The notes below the pieces were generated by a model. That model saw only the letters and a list, made by a program, of their open reading frames with translations, searched no databases and was not told where the DNA came from. From Lepidodermella squamata (Eukaryota > Animalia > Gastrotricha), in NCBI GenBank assembly GCA_047495785.1, contig JBLDXI010000017.1, forward strand, positions 1,488,001-1,552,000: a DNA stretch of 64,000 bases, written 5' to 3'. Positions 12,301 to 25,194 of this stretch are shown here, piece by piece. The position numbers and the translations under genes are program-made. Each line of letters begins with the position of its first letter. Position 1 is the first letter of the stretch.

Positions 12301-13039
12301 TGGGACAAGTTGATTTTTCATATATTTTTCATGTTTATCATGGATGGTAATAAGTACAAAACAAAAATTCAACACGCCCAATCTCAAAAAGGAGGAACAA
12401 AAGCTATGTGATAGTAATATTATGCTTTTAAGGTGGACAATCTAATATCGGCGTGATTTTGCTCTCCATATATTTATACAAAAACAAATCAAACAAACAA
12501 AAACCAACAACACCAATGTTTTACGCACAACGATTATAACACGATAATATACTCGGAATTCGATTTTAATATTTTCAATTTTAATTAGTTACAATTGGAA
12601 GAATATAGATAAGAATAATTTCACTTCGAATGATAGATAGTTAAACAAAAAAACGAGGACAAAAATTGCAAAGCAGATCGTCGACCGGTGGCGGTTGAAA
12701 ATTGCGTTTGACACTCACACATTGCAGCATTGAAAAATTGAGCCGAGTTGGAGCAGACTGAAAAAGCAGCAGAAACTTTGTGCGTTGGAAGTCATGATGA
12801 TGATGTCATTCACAATTTCAAGTTTTTGTTTAAATAAAAAGAGGACGATACACACTCGCGCGATCAGATCAGATCAACCCTCATCAAGAAAAAAATTGTT
12901 GCGTAATTTTTTTTGCACACGCACTCGTAATCAACAATTTGAATTTTTCGAAAATTAATTATTAAGGCGGAGGATTACGTTAATATTATAGTTCTGCGCA
13001 TTGGCGCAATTACTGAAGAATAATTTTGATTTTATCATC

Positions 13040-14559
13040 TCAGTTCGCCATTGACGAGAAGATGGGCAGGCGTCGGCCGTTGAGGAAGCGGCTGCTGACG
13101 TTGTTCGACACTGCCGTTTGGACTAGCGAAGCGGCATTGCGAGGACCCGAGTTTTGACGACGCAGCGCTGCGAGGTTTTGCGAGAGAGCGAGGCGTTCAC
13201 TCAACGCGGCTTGGATTCGCTTCTGCTGCTGCAGCTGCGCGAAGTTCAGCGGCATCTCGTCGGTCGAAATTGTGAGCAAGTGAAGGCGGTCGACAGGCGG
13301 CATCGAGTCCGACATCGAGGTCTGGCGGAGCGGTGGGAACTCGGCGTCGTTGATGACTACCAGCGGTTCCAACTCACCCGCAATCGTGCGCGCTGAAGGC
13401 GAGGTCGAAGAAACACTGGCGTTCGGCGAGCTCAGACCGATACCTGACGATTGAGCCGCGTCGGAACAGGCCGATGAAAGTGACGAGACGGGCGAGACGG
13501 CAGCGGGGCTCGGGCTGAGGAACACAGACTCGGCTGGTTCATCGATGGTGGTCGGCGAAATCGACTCGCCGCGGCCGCTGCTCTCGAGGGTGATCGCCAA
13601 CTGCGTCGGAGGTTTCATCATCTCATCGCCAGAGGTCGACTGCGGGCTCGAGTTCGAGTCATCTTGAGCAGGGTTGTCCAGGTCGAGCAGATGAAGAAAG
13701 TGGCAACGCGGTCCGTACGGGCAGAAGCCGACGGTGTGGAAGGTGCGGCAGTATTCGGTCTTGTACTTCGGATGGCGCGACATTTGCTTTAATTCGTGAC
13801 GGCCGTGGGCGAACTGGCACTTGTCGCCGTACTTGCACTCGCCATTTTCCATGAACGGACGGCACAGCTCAGTCTTGTAGCGGCCGACGAAATCAGCGTT
13901 GTTTTGACCGTTCGCCGCGTCGTTGTTGATCGCCTGCTGCTGTTGCAGCGTCAACGAACCGAAATTTCCCTCATTCGATGAATACGAATCGTGGCGGACC
14001 TTCGAACTGCGCGAGTGGTGTTGAGCCGAATCGCGACCGCTGGTTTCATTGCGACTGCGAAAATTCTGCCCGCGCCTATAAAAAAAATCCACCTTAAAAA
14101 TTCGCCGCAATAAAAAATAACGCGTTTTTTTACCTGAAACGGTTCGAGCGCGGCGGTTGTTGGAAGGAGCTGCCGTTTTTGCGGGGCGATGGCGAAGCGA
14201 CATGAAAGGTGGAAATCGGCGGAAAATCGTCACCGGTGTTGTTGCTGTTCGTGTTCGTATCCATGACGTACTCGTCCTTGAAAAACGAACCGCCCGAACC
14301 CGATCGCGGCCGACCGCAATCATCGGCAAACATATCGACATGGTGATTGTGATGATGATTGCTGTGGTGCTGGTATTGATGAAAGTTCGGGCCGGAGAAC
14401 GAAGAGCTAACAGGCCGCATTTGAAAGTTTTGCTGTAACAAATCATAAAAAAAGTTATTCATCGTTTTCGCATCACATGAACAAAAAACGTACCACAGAT
14501 TCGAAGAACTTCATATGGTTCTGCTGCATATCTTGACGGTAATCGGCTAGCGAAAGCAT
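13040..14559 (-). CDS. TIS11: TIS11/ZFP36-family tandem CCCH ARE-binding protein; exons 14559-14494, 14432-14134, 14075-13040
   Basis: Fingers [10 protein letters not shown]...[12 protein letters not shown] and [10 protein letters not shown]...[11 protein letters not shown]; C-terminal RRLPIF CNOT1-binding motif; three in-phase exons. Confidence 0.95.
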
Positions 14560-15305
14560 AGTTACTGTTGTTTCGCGGTACAACGTATTGAAAGGCAAAC
14601 ACTTTTTTACGATATTATTAACGTAATTTATCTAATGAGAGAAAACAACAGGTTAGTAGGAGGTGACCTCGCCGTGAATGCCTTGATTTTAACGAACAAG
14701 AAAATTAGGCAGGCGGTGGAATAAATCTCAAGTGGTGGTGGTAAACGAGGCAAGAAATTAGTTGTTCTGGCAATAAAAACGACGACGTTGGCTCATTGCT
14801 GCTTTGCTACTTATTAGCGACCTGCCGCACCACGAGTAGAACGCACTTTGCGCGCCAACCGGGCGGCTGCCGGTGCGGTATATTGAGGCCGGCCTTTATT
14901 ACTAGCGAACGAACGGCACAAGGGTCATAAAATTTAACTGACGACGCGCTAATAACCACCATCGATAGATACATTCATTCGCTATTGAAGGAAGAGAGTC
15001 GCCTGGGCACGTGGCAGGCGCCCATTTTTTCAAGTCGCTATACCTAGTACTAGAAGAAGAAGAAAAGGTATTCTGAGAGTCAACGTACTAGGTAATAATA
15101 ATGAGAACTCGAAATAAGAATAGCGCAATCGTATCATCAGCTGTTGTGTGTACAAAATGATGCGCGTGATCGGGAGAAAAAAATCTGTGCCAAATAAACA
15201 CAGATGATCGATAAACAAATAGAAATCTGGTGGTTGCGAAAAATAAACTGGCAGGGACACCGTGTCGCAGCAGCACGTGTTCCCGGCAGCCACCGCCGCG
15301 CTCTG

Positions 15306-15398
15306 ATTGGCTGCGTGGGTGGGGTTATTACCCGGGTTTGCGTCGACGAGATAAGCGAGCGATAGATATACACATAATGCGTAAAAGGGGGCGGAGCT
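15306..15398 (-). promoter_or_regulatory. CCAAT box and GC box upstream of TIS11
   Basis: ATTGG at 15306-15310 and GGGGCGGAGC near 15388. Function is inferred only. Confidence 0.3.
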
Positions 15399-18300
15399 TA
15401 TCGGAGCACTACAACTACTGCTATTTATTTTGCAATAATATATCAACACCGGATGGCGTACGGGCGAGCGCGGCCAAAATTTCACACGCTGCGAGAACAA
15501 AGCGGGTGCGCGCAACGGAGCGTAGATGGACGGGTTTTTCGATGGGGAGCGGCGTAACCTTGCAAAACCGGAAGAGCGACGGGATTTAGTGGTGATATTA
15601 GCGAGAAGTACGCAATTTTCAAAACGTTACAAGCGCGAGAAAAATTAAGCTGAAAATCAGCGTATTATTATTTTTCAAAAAGGCATATGCCGTCAGTGCG
15701 GAATGGTGGCAGTCGGTGGAAGGTTTTTAAAGGCGACGGACGCCGTTTGCTAAGTCCGCAAAGTAATAATAACCATAAAATGGCGCGTAGGTTTTCCCGA
15801 GCAAGAAAGGCCGTCATCATCGCTTCATAATAATCGCAGGTAATAATAATGTTGTTCATCGCCTTGCGAAGACGCCGCGAAAAAAGACATAAAATATATC
15901 CCTGCAGATGCCGAGGTGGGGTACTAAAAACTGTGCGCATTTACGGCGGCACAGGCGACGGTTATAAGAGCTAGTTGCACGAAATTCTTTTACATCATCA
16001 GCTAAGCCACCACAGCAAAAAAGATGGAAACCTAAACTAGCATAAAGTTTACCTGGATGCGTTTTTCCCACCGCCAATCTGGGAGCCAGAATAACTATTT
16101 ATACCGAAGATGACGACACACCTACAGCTGCGACCAGCGTAGGTGGTTTTAAGGCCTTGGAATTGGGAGAAACCACACCAACCTGTGGCATCATTAGTAA
16201 AACACCCACGCTCTTGCAAATTACGGAAAAGCCGCAAGGCTTATTCATCTTTTTACGCTGCTCTTTTTTTACAGCTAAGCAATAAAGATCGGCAACAGCT
16301 GCTGGCTAAAAAATCGCAGCAGAATCCTCAACCATTGCGTATACACATGACCTCCCTAAATGGGTACAAAACGGGCGGATGTCAGGTTGCGCGCAATTTT
16401 CCGCTAGTTTGCCAAAAAGCATGAAGGCAGTAGGGTACCTCGAGCGCGCGCAGCCCATAAATGTAAGCATTTGGCGCACGGCCGGCGATTAGCCTGCACG
16501 TGTTGCGCACCCGGCCCGTGGTCATAAAAAACGAGAGGCGAGTGTCCTTCGCGCAAAAAACTAGCGCGGCACACGACCTGCAAGGTACCACTTACCGCGC
16601 GCACAAAAAATCCAAATGAAAACATGTTGTTATTTTTCGGGAATTTTCGACTGGAAAATTGTTCAATAAGAACGAAGCAAGAAATGAGAATCAAACAATC
16701 GAGAAAAAAATTATATCGTGACTTCTCTTTCGTGGACTTCAGTCATGAAGATGAAGAAAAAAATGCTGATCAAAGTGCCGCCTTAATCGCGATTTTTTGC
16801 TTGCCAGCTACCCCGTGCAGCGCAATCTAGGCTACGAAGATAGCTCAACCGACGACGAGAAGCACAAGCCTGGTCGTTTTAACACGAACACGCGTCTTCG
16901 ATCATCGTCTGGTGATTGCGTAATTCGTTTCGCAAAAAAATGCACTACAAAAGGTTACGACCGATCGAAGATCTAAATGGCACTTATCTAACTTGCTGCA
17001 TAGTGCGGGACTAAAATTTGTTCTATTTTTATTATGGCAACCGGACTAAAGACGTACGTCCGTCTAGGTCATATAATTATCGACCATAAAAAGACAACAA
17101 ATTGTTTCAACTAGGTCAAATGAAGAGAAGCCTGAGTAACCCGATTTCGGATGAAATTATGCCTTAAAACACATGCTTAAGCCCTAAAAATACTTTGAAG
17201 GTCAGGAAAATGAGTTCGACACGAAAGATGTTCGATGACTAGAAAGATGACTTTCCGGTATCTTATATACGGAAAAGTCGAACTATCGATCACATGGTTT
17301 GAAATTTCGAAGGCTCTAAAAATAGAACAATAATTGACCGTGGCATTGTTGCCGTGGACAAAGTGCCCAATTAAATATAGTGACTTACTCGGCCGTGTGC
17401 CGTGATGAGCGACAGACAGACAGGACTGAAAAAGCTGGGCGTGCCGACCGGGCCTCATTAGTGAGAAAAAAACTTCCTGGTGGCTAAAACTGGCTGTTAC
17501 CCCTCTATTTCAGTGCAAAGTAATAAATCGAAGTGTAAAAAAATCTGCCTAACTGGAAAAAATCTGAAGTTATGGAAAAAGAAAAAATGGAATGGAAATG
17601 GGAATAAAACGGCGTGCTTTTTCGATTGTGGTTTGCCACGGGTAACTTACAGTGTAATTTAGAGCATAAACACATTAAAAAATGTGTCACACCTTGCAGA
17701 GACAATTTTTTAATCGCAGCTGCGAACAATGGTTACATCACAACGACTGTGATTTATTTGTGTCCTCTTGCGTCATTCAGCATCATCTTGTGTCTTCATT
17801 TTTTAGTTAAAAAAAAACGCGAATTTTTTTTCAGGGGTTCGATTATTTTTATTACTGTACTGCACCAGGTCAAATTTTACAGCGAGTTGAAAAGTAGTAC
17901 GCAGGTAACAAACAAGCGAGGTATTTTCCAAAGCTTGATACGATGCAGCAAATGAGACAACAAAGCGGTTTTTAGGTCGGCCTTCTACGAAAAATTGACT
18001 AAAACGAGACAGACAGGTACAACTATTTTTTTGAAATGAAATTTTACACAAAGAGAAAGAAAAAAACAACGCAACAACCGAGGAAAGTTTCTTGCATGGC
18101 GATCATAATATAATATTTCAAGAGTAAGAAATGCAGCACAAAGCCAGGCGAAGATATAGACGGCAGAAATAAATAGAAAAATTAGTAATTAATATTCAAT
18201 CAAAGTTCGACTTTTTGACTATTAGGCAGACGACGAGCTACACAGTTTTGGTTATCAATTTTATGTAAATAAAAATTTAACAAAAGTTGACGGGCTATAA

Positions 18301-19454
18301 ATACGCAATCGATGGACATCATGCAAAAAGCACACACGCGAACACACGTACACATTTCAAGGTGGATTTTTTTTCGTATTGCGCAACATTTATTAGTGAA
18401 CAAAACGCACCGATACAATCAGAGGGAGAGAAAAGCTTCAAAAGATATAAACTACAAATTAAGAAGAATATAAATGCAGAAGGCTGGATCCGCGCTTTTC
18501 AAACACGAGACGGCGACTGGTGCACCGATGGATGAACAACCCTGAAAATAAAAACAATTTTAAAAATATATTTCAGCTTTTGGGATTTATCGAGTAGTTA
18601 TTGATTTTAAAAGGTTCCACTAAAAATTCTTCGAATTACAAATTGCCGTGCTCGCGGAAAAATGTCCACAAACGAAAAATCATTAAAACGTTGAGAATCT
18701 TGCAACATCGAAATTACCTGTGAAAAATGTCACTCATGCTTCAGGAGCGGTAATCGACCCCGCTCTTTCGAACGGCGGAATGTTTTCTACTTTTTACTTT
18801 TTGCGCTACAGGTAAAAATGGACATATCTTTTGTTTTTTTTCACGTGAAAATATAGTTTGCGGGCGCCTCGGGTTCGATTCTTTACGACTCCTACATTTT
18901 TAATGCTCGGATTTTCAATTTTTATTTTTTATTTTATCATTTGGGAGCTTGATGAACCTATTTGCAAATGTTTAGCTTATTTGTGAAGTGCCAAGGCCGT
19001 TTACTAATGAGGCGAATTCGTGCCTATCGGCGTGTATAGCACAAAATGGCAGCCAATAATTTTTACGATGCGCTATTTTTTGTGTGTTAGCATTCATTTA
19101 TTGTGTGGACATAGCTCTATGCTGTGGACTTCGCCCGTCGAAAAAGTGACCCCGAGTAAAACGACGACTCCAGTGGACATCGCTCTTTTGATCTCTGAGG
19201 AATTTTCAAATAATTGTAAAGCGCGAAGAGTAGATAATGAATCCGCATTTTCGGCCGGGCATGGACATAGCACTTTTTTCCGCGCGCACGACGAAATGAA
19301 CTCAAAAGTGTTCTTTCGATTTTTTTGTCGGTTTTCAAAAATTGCGAAACAGAATTTTCGCAATTCAGAAATTTGTACAACGCTTTTACACCTCAATAGA
19401 AAACCTTATGCCAAGTTTAGATGTAATTTTTTTAATATAAATTCAAGGTAAAAC

Positions 19455-22400
19455 TCACTTTTTGAAGCCATCACGACCGGCGATACCAGTAGCACACCGC
19501 TCCTCTACTCGGGCTGGCGATAGCAATTGATGCTGTGAGGACAACCGCCCGGCTGGAACCGGCGTCGATGACATGGTCGTCGCCATATCGGAATTTTTGA
19601 CCTGCGGGCTCGTGATATGCAGCTCCTCAACCTCCGTGTAAATCACCGCTGCACCTCCACCAGCAGTCGGTACCACATCGCCCTTGTACAGCGTCTCCTT
19701 CAAATCGCCAGTACTCGTATCTCGAACCTGGGTCCGCAGCAAGTACTTATCAGCCGATTTAGTATCAGCCAGAGTCAATTCCGTGACGGACTTCCGCTTT
19801 TTCCCGGACAAATTCGGCTGCATGACGGTGTCGAGTTTCATCACGCCATTCGCATCGTGCTCCAGCCACCTTTCTGCAGACTGAGACCTCCTGTGACGCA
19901 GATGAGCGACGACCGGAGCGTTATTCGCCGGCGTTCTCACCGCAATTTCGGGTTTAGCGACAACAACCGGGCGTTTTTGAGCGGTTCTCGGAGCTTGGCC
20001 TACCCGGGTCCGATCAGCTGGGTTGTTGATTGAAACGTCCGGGTTTGAAGTCGTGCGAGCAAACGTGCCGGGTGACATGGTGGCCTGATGCGAGGCAGGG
20101 GCTGGCTGAACCGGCTTTTTCGCTGAATTCAGGCCCGGATTCTGATGAACCTGGGCATATACTGGTCGAGCGGGTTTGACAGCTGTTTTCGGGGCGGCGA
20201 CGCCTGTCCGGAACGGGGGCAGAGCCGGGGAGGACGACCCGGTCGACGAACTGGTAATCGAAGACGTTTCAACATGACGGAAATTGCGCTCCTGATGGGT
20301 CGAATGTTCGGTTTTAAGGCGGCGCAAGTCTCGATTTAGCTGAGATAATTGAGCTTGGAGTGACTTGACGGTTTCTCGCGCCGCTTTAGCCTCAGCATCG
20401 CGCTGGTCGATAGCCGAGCGTAAATCGCTGCATTCCCGCGAAAATTCGTAGTAACGCTGGTACGTGGCCTCCGTCGAGCCGCGGCACGATTCAAAATGCG
20501 AGTTCGTTTCAGCCCTCAATTCCTCAATTTTAGTTTTCCTGTTCAAAATCGACTCGCGGATCAGTTGGATTGTCATTAGATCGGGCTCATTTGCATCGTC
20601 CGGTGGTGGGATGTCCATTGACAGCGGGAACGGAACGATAGGATATTGGTGGCTCGGCAGCTCTCGAACAGCCGGTGAACGACTCCTTGATCGCTTTTTG
20701 TTCTTGGAGGGCCGGCGGTTATCTTTATTCTCATCGTTGACAACCCCCACGTCACCCCTTCCGTCCTTACTACGAGGCAACGGGGGCGGGATATGGACAA
20801 CAGGTGGCGGAGGGGGTGGTGGGATGTACTGGGCGGCAACTTTTGCAGTGATATCCGTATGAAAAACTTGAACCTCTTGCGAGAGCTCGGCAAATTTCAA
20901 CACCTGCAAATTTTCGCGGAATTCACTGCCACTCGGATTCACGCAAATGACCATCCGAACCGAACCAATGCCCTCGAAAAAATTCTTGAACATTGTCGTC
21001 AGTTTTGACTGGTTGTACGGCACCATTTCAGACTGGTTATTCGCTTGGTTCGTCCGCAGTTTTTCCATACACATGCGTAACGTCATCAGCGATTGGTTGA
21101 TGCCGCAACCCTCTCGAAGACGATCTCCCTTATTCTGGGTGCGATGGCTACGTTCCGACCCGGCTAGATCGACAATTGATAACTGGCTGATCCACAAAGA
21201 GTGTTTCGTGAAAGTTGGGCATGTGTTAGCGTCGCTTGACCGGCGTTCGGCAATCGCACCTTCAACAGCGTAACGAGGCGCTTGAACGACACGAAAATTA
21301 AAAACTGAATGACTACGGCTACTGCTGTCATTCAGCGAAGTGTGAGCTGATCGACGCCTCTGTTGGCCTTTCCACAGCAGTTCAAATGCCTCTGCAGCCG
21401 ATTTTATTTCGACTTCCTCCAGGCCGGAAACGAAATGCGAGCCGTCAAAGCTGCGTTTCAGCTGTTTTGTCAACGGACCACGGCCGTAATTAGCGTTGTC
21501 GAATGATTGATCGTCCAATAGGTCGAAAATGAAGTCGTTATAAACTTCGATGTAAGAGACAAAGACGGCGTACAGGTTATCTTCTACTGGTGGAACCGAG
21601 GCAGTTTCACGAACACGATTATTCGACATCCACTCGTTACGATCCCTAATAATGACACGGCCGATGAAAAAATGATTGCGAAAAATGCACACAAACCTTT
21701 TTAGAGTGCGATGCGTCGATGCAGCATCCTTGGCACGAGCCTCTTCAGCTGCTGCAGCCTCGGACTGAATGTCGAAGTTGTTAACATGATCCGGTTTAAA
21801 AATCTGCAGAAACATTTATTCAGGGGCTAAAATTGTTATAGGATAGCTTACATATTTTGGCGTTTGATATTCGGAGATTGAATTGAAAATAGCATCGATG
21901 CTTCGCGGTAATATGCCAGGCTGTTCAGGAGTGCCCGTAACGGTATGAGTTTTGCCACTGGATGTAACACCATAAGCAAATAGGAGCCCATTTTTGCCTT
22001 GAATAAGATCGTCAACGAGCCGTAAAGCGGTGTTGTTGAAAACATCTTGCTGGGAGGTCGGCTGATCGAAAACTTTGGTGAATGTGAAATGAACCTCTTT
22101 GGCAGCAGGCTTGTTTAATTCCTAGAGAGACAAAAGGGGAAACAAGTCATAATAAAACCTATCAGGATTAGCGTCTTACATCTGGATTGTAGATACGAAC
22201 AGTTGATTCGTTCCCAGGAACACAGCATAACTCTGACGGTTCTTTGCCTGGAACAGGTTTGATGCGGCAGAAAACCTAAGCAAAAGATGAAAATCTTGGC
22301 CTTAAGCATACATTTTTTCAAGAAATAATGTACCTCCACAGGTTCTGCATGAACCTGAGCTTTCCTCTTTCGATTGCGATTCCCATTCGCGGGTACACTA

Positions 22401-22472
22401 CAAAACAAGAGTTTTTGGAATGCATCGCAAATAAAAATGTATAACTCACTCAGGAACCCGAAAATCCGCCAT
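19455..22472 (-). CDS. KIF23: Kinesin-6 KIF23/MKLP1/Pavarotti; multi-exon, ATG at 22472
   Basis: GKNGLLFAYGVTSSGKT, kinesin-6 loop-6 insert, NDSSSRSH, DLAGSER, a coiled coil, HRRSQSA site and an MKLP1-type tail (ERWLEH...DTVMQP...LYKGDVVPTAGGGAAV). A 51-nt in-frame intron lies at 21646-21696. Confidence 0.95.
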
Positions 22473-23271
22473 TCAATAAGAAGGGTAAACGACTAAGGCA
22501 GAATTTCAGTATCAAGTTGAAATACCCTGAAGTTTAGAATAACATTAACCATCGAAATCTTTCATGCAACAACTGAGAACAAGTAAATAGTTGTAGTAAC
22601 AAGAGACATCACAAACCACACTTCGAACTCGGGAGAAGCTAAGATAAGACTAGAATGGAACAGTATTTCGGCAAATACTGTTACAAGGTCCAAGCGCCTT
22701 CAATCCGACTAGAGAGAATGGGTAAATAGAGTTGTTGTGCAGGATAAGGATAAGTAAGAGATGGATAAAGATGTATCATGTACATGAATAATACAACTTT
22801 TTAAAACCACGAAAGATGCCATCTTCTGCTTAAAATTGAAAGCGATGGGAGAGCCTTAGAAAATACGCGTTTCGCTCGGGTACGTGTGCAGCACATCATT
22901 CCTGCACATCCATCATCATCATCAGGCATCCGCAACCCGCAACTTCGGCAGAGGGAGGAGACTGCTGAGACAACGAAACGCCAAAACTTTTGAAAAATGC
23001 GCCACCATAATCATAAATTATTTAATTTTTCGTTTTATTAATTTATTCAAGGTTTATATATAACATAATAACATGTGTCAAACTTTGAATTTCAAACGGC
23101 GCTCAAAAAAGATTTTCGAAACGTCGACTCTTTTCGAGAAGTTATTGGTAGGTGAGTAGGTGAGAGTAATGCTGAGTTGTGAGTGTGAAGTCAACACTGA
23201 TTCTTACGTTTCCCTGCTGAGTTGTTTGTGCCTGAAATATACTATTCTAATTCTCACTTTTTTAGTTAGGC

Positions 23272-24960
23272 ATGGTTACCACATCATTGAACCAACTAGA
23301 GCAACTCAGTTTGCAGCAAAATGCGGAGTTGCAGTCAATGGACCGTAGATTTTTGTCCCGTCTTCAAAATCTGAATTTGCTTCGAAACCACTGCAATAAC
23401 TTGTACCAACAGCGTGAAAAGGTTGAAATGCTGTCCAGTTTACACGACAAGCTGTTGCAACAGGAGTTTACCCTTCGCAAACTGAGACGCATTCGTGCTG
23501 AGGTCGACAGTCAGCGCCAACGGAATGAAAAGCTTGCTCGTGAATTGGGCAAAACGAAAGGAGAACTAGAGGACAAAGAAACTAGGCTTCAAGCTACGAA
23601 GCTAGCGGCTCAGAAAGCGGCTGCGAATTATGAAAAACTCCAGAAACAGCAACAGGAATGTGGTGTTTCGGAAAACCGAAAACCTGTTACTGAGTTAGTT
23701 AATGGCTCAATTGATAAGGCACCTGCATCGCCTAAAATTTTGCCGAAACCGGCTTCCCTGATCAAACCACATCTTGAAGACAAGGAAATGTCTAATGAAA
23801 ATTCTCAACGAACAGACAATGATGACGAAATCGCTACGTCTTTTATTACTGGCTGGGCACCGAAGCCATCCAAGACTAATATTCGGCACTCTGCTTCTGA
23901 CGCTGAGACCCGATTTGATGACGATGGTCATCTGATAGTATCTGCAGCAGACTTTGAAAATGCTCGCCCTGCATCTGACTTTTTGTCCCACGCGCTTCCA
24001 ACCTTTCGTTACGCTTCGAAGTCCCAAACATTCTTGCGGAGAATCGGTGTGGATGGTGGACGCGCCAAAACCGTTGAATCGCTATACAAAGATTTCCATC
24101 CTCGGGCGCTGCAACAAACTGCCGTTTCCATAATTGACGAGAATGGATCTGGCGAGCAGCAGCAAAAGGGCGAAGTTGTAACTGCGTCAGTTGTTACGAA
24201 TGTGGCATCGAAAGACGAGACCCCCGAGCAATGCTTGGATAACAAGCCAATAATTAGATCTATTCTTATCACGAAAACTGTCACAAAACGTAATCTGGAT
24301 CGCAGGGTGAAATTTAGTCCGCTCTGCTTATTGCTGGATGCTGCTCTGGACGGCGATCTAGAATTGGTGAAGGTACTTCTTAAAGAAGTGAAAGACCCAT
24401 CGGCGCCAAATGACGAAGGAATAACCGCTCTTCACAATGCGATTTGTGCCGGACACACAGAAATGGTTGAATTGTTGGTATCTTATGGTGTGGATGTCAA
24501 TAGCGGGGATACTGATGGCTGGACAGGACTTCATTGCGCTGCTAGTTGTAATAACAAAGCTTTGTGCCAACTTCTTGTTGAGAATGGAGGTGCCTTATTT
24601 GCACTCACTAACCCTGATTCAGAGACACCTCGTGATAAATGCGAGCCTGAAGAAGATGATTTTGCTGAATGTTACGCCTACCTCTTAGAGGCTGAAGAGC
24701 AGCTTGGCAAGGCGAACAACGGCGTTGTTTATGCCGCGTTCGACTTTAAGAGTGATGAAATTGTTTTTGACGGCGATATGCTACAATTTGGACTCGGAAA
24801 CGAATTGACTATTTTGCGCCGTGGTGATGATTCTGAAAACAGCTGGTGGTGGGCTCGTAACAAGGATGGACGAGAAGGCTATGTTCCGAACTCCTACCTG
24901 GCTTTATACCCTCGAAACGAAGCATTCTGGAATCGTTACGGACCGGAAATAAGAAAATAA
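23272..24960 (+). CDS. ASPP-family protein (coiled coil, RVxF, ankyrin repeats, SH3); a short upstream exon is possible
   Basis: RRVKFSPLCLLLDAALDGDL, NDEGITALHNAICAGH, DGWTGLHCAASCNN and SH3 segment WWWAR...EGYVPNSYLALYPR. Confidence 0.93.
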   Translation: MVTTSLNQLEQLSLQQNAELQSMDRRFLSRLQNLNLLRNHCNNLYQQREKVEMLSSLHDKLLQQEFTLRKLRRIRAEVDSQRQRNEKLARELGKTKGELEDKETRLQATKLAAQKAAANYEKLQKQQQECGVSENRKPVTELVNGSIDKAPASPKILPKPASLIKPHLEDKEMSNENSQRTDNDDEIATSFITGWAPKPSKTNIRHSASDAETRFDDDGHLIVSAADFENARPASDFLSHALPTFRYASKSQTFLRRIGVDGGRAKTVESLYKDFHPRALQQTAVSIIDENGSGEQQQKGEVVTASVVTNVASKDETPEQCLDNKPIIRSILITKTVTKRNLDRRVKFSPLCLLLDAALDGDLELVKVLLKEVKDPSAPNDEGITALHNAICAGHTEMVELLVSYGVDVNSGDTDGWTGLHCAASCNNKALCQLLVENGGALFALTNPDSETPRDKCEPEEDDFAECYAYLLEAEEQLGKANNGVVYAAFDFKSDEIVFDGDMLQFGLGNELTILRRGDDSENSWWWARNKDGREGYVPNSYLALYPRNEAFWNRYGPEIRK

Positions 24961-25194
24961 CGAATGCTATTATTGTTATTAAATATTTATTCCTGATTTG
25001 TTGAAAGTATTAGCCATTTTTTCAGTTTGCTCAAAGCAGTTTTCTATGTAATTTTCTATGCTTCTGCTGCACCTTTGTATTGCTTAGTATTTCAACGATT
25101 AAATCAGGTGATGATCACCTGTTAATTATTATCAACGTGTATAAACCTTTCATGCGACGCTTTTCATTTCCATTGAAAAATTATTGTTTAAAAC

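Noticed and set aside
10700-13039. Autoregulatory ARE cluster or bantam sites in the TIS11 3'UTR
   Set aside because: The region is AT-rich, but I found no clear UUAUUUAUU cluster and no TGATCTC site on the mRNA strand.
14076-14446. N-terminal ~120 aa of the 468-aa ORF 13040..14446
   Set aside because: It reads through an intron in the wrong frame; the spliced model uses the other frame for 14432-14134.
18860-18900. GGGTTCGATTC B-box-like motif as a tRNA or SINE (similar motif at ~9768)
   Set aside because: No cloverleaf or A-box could be built.
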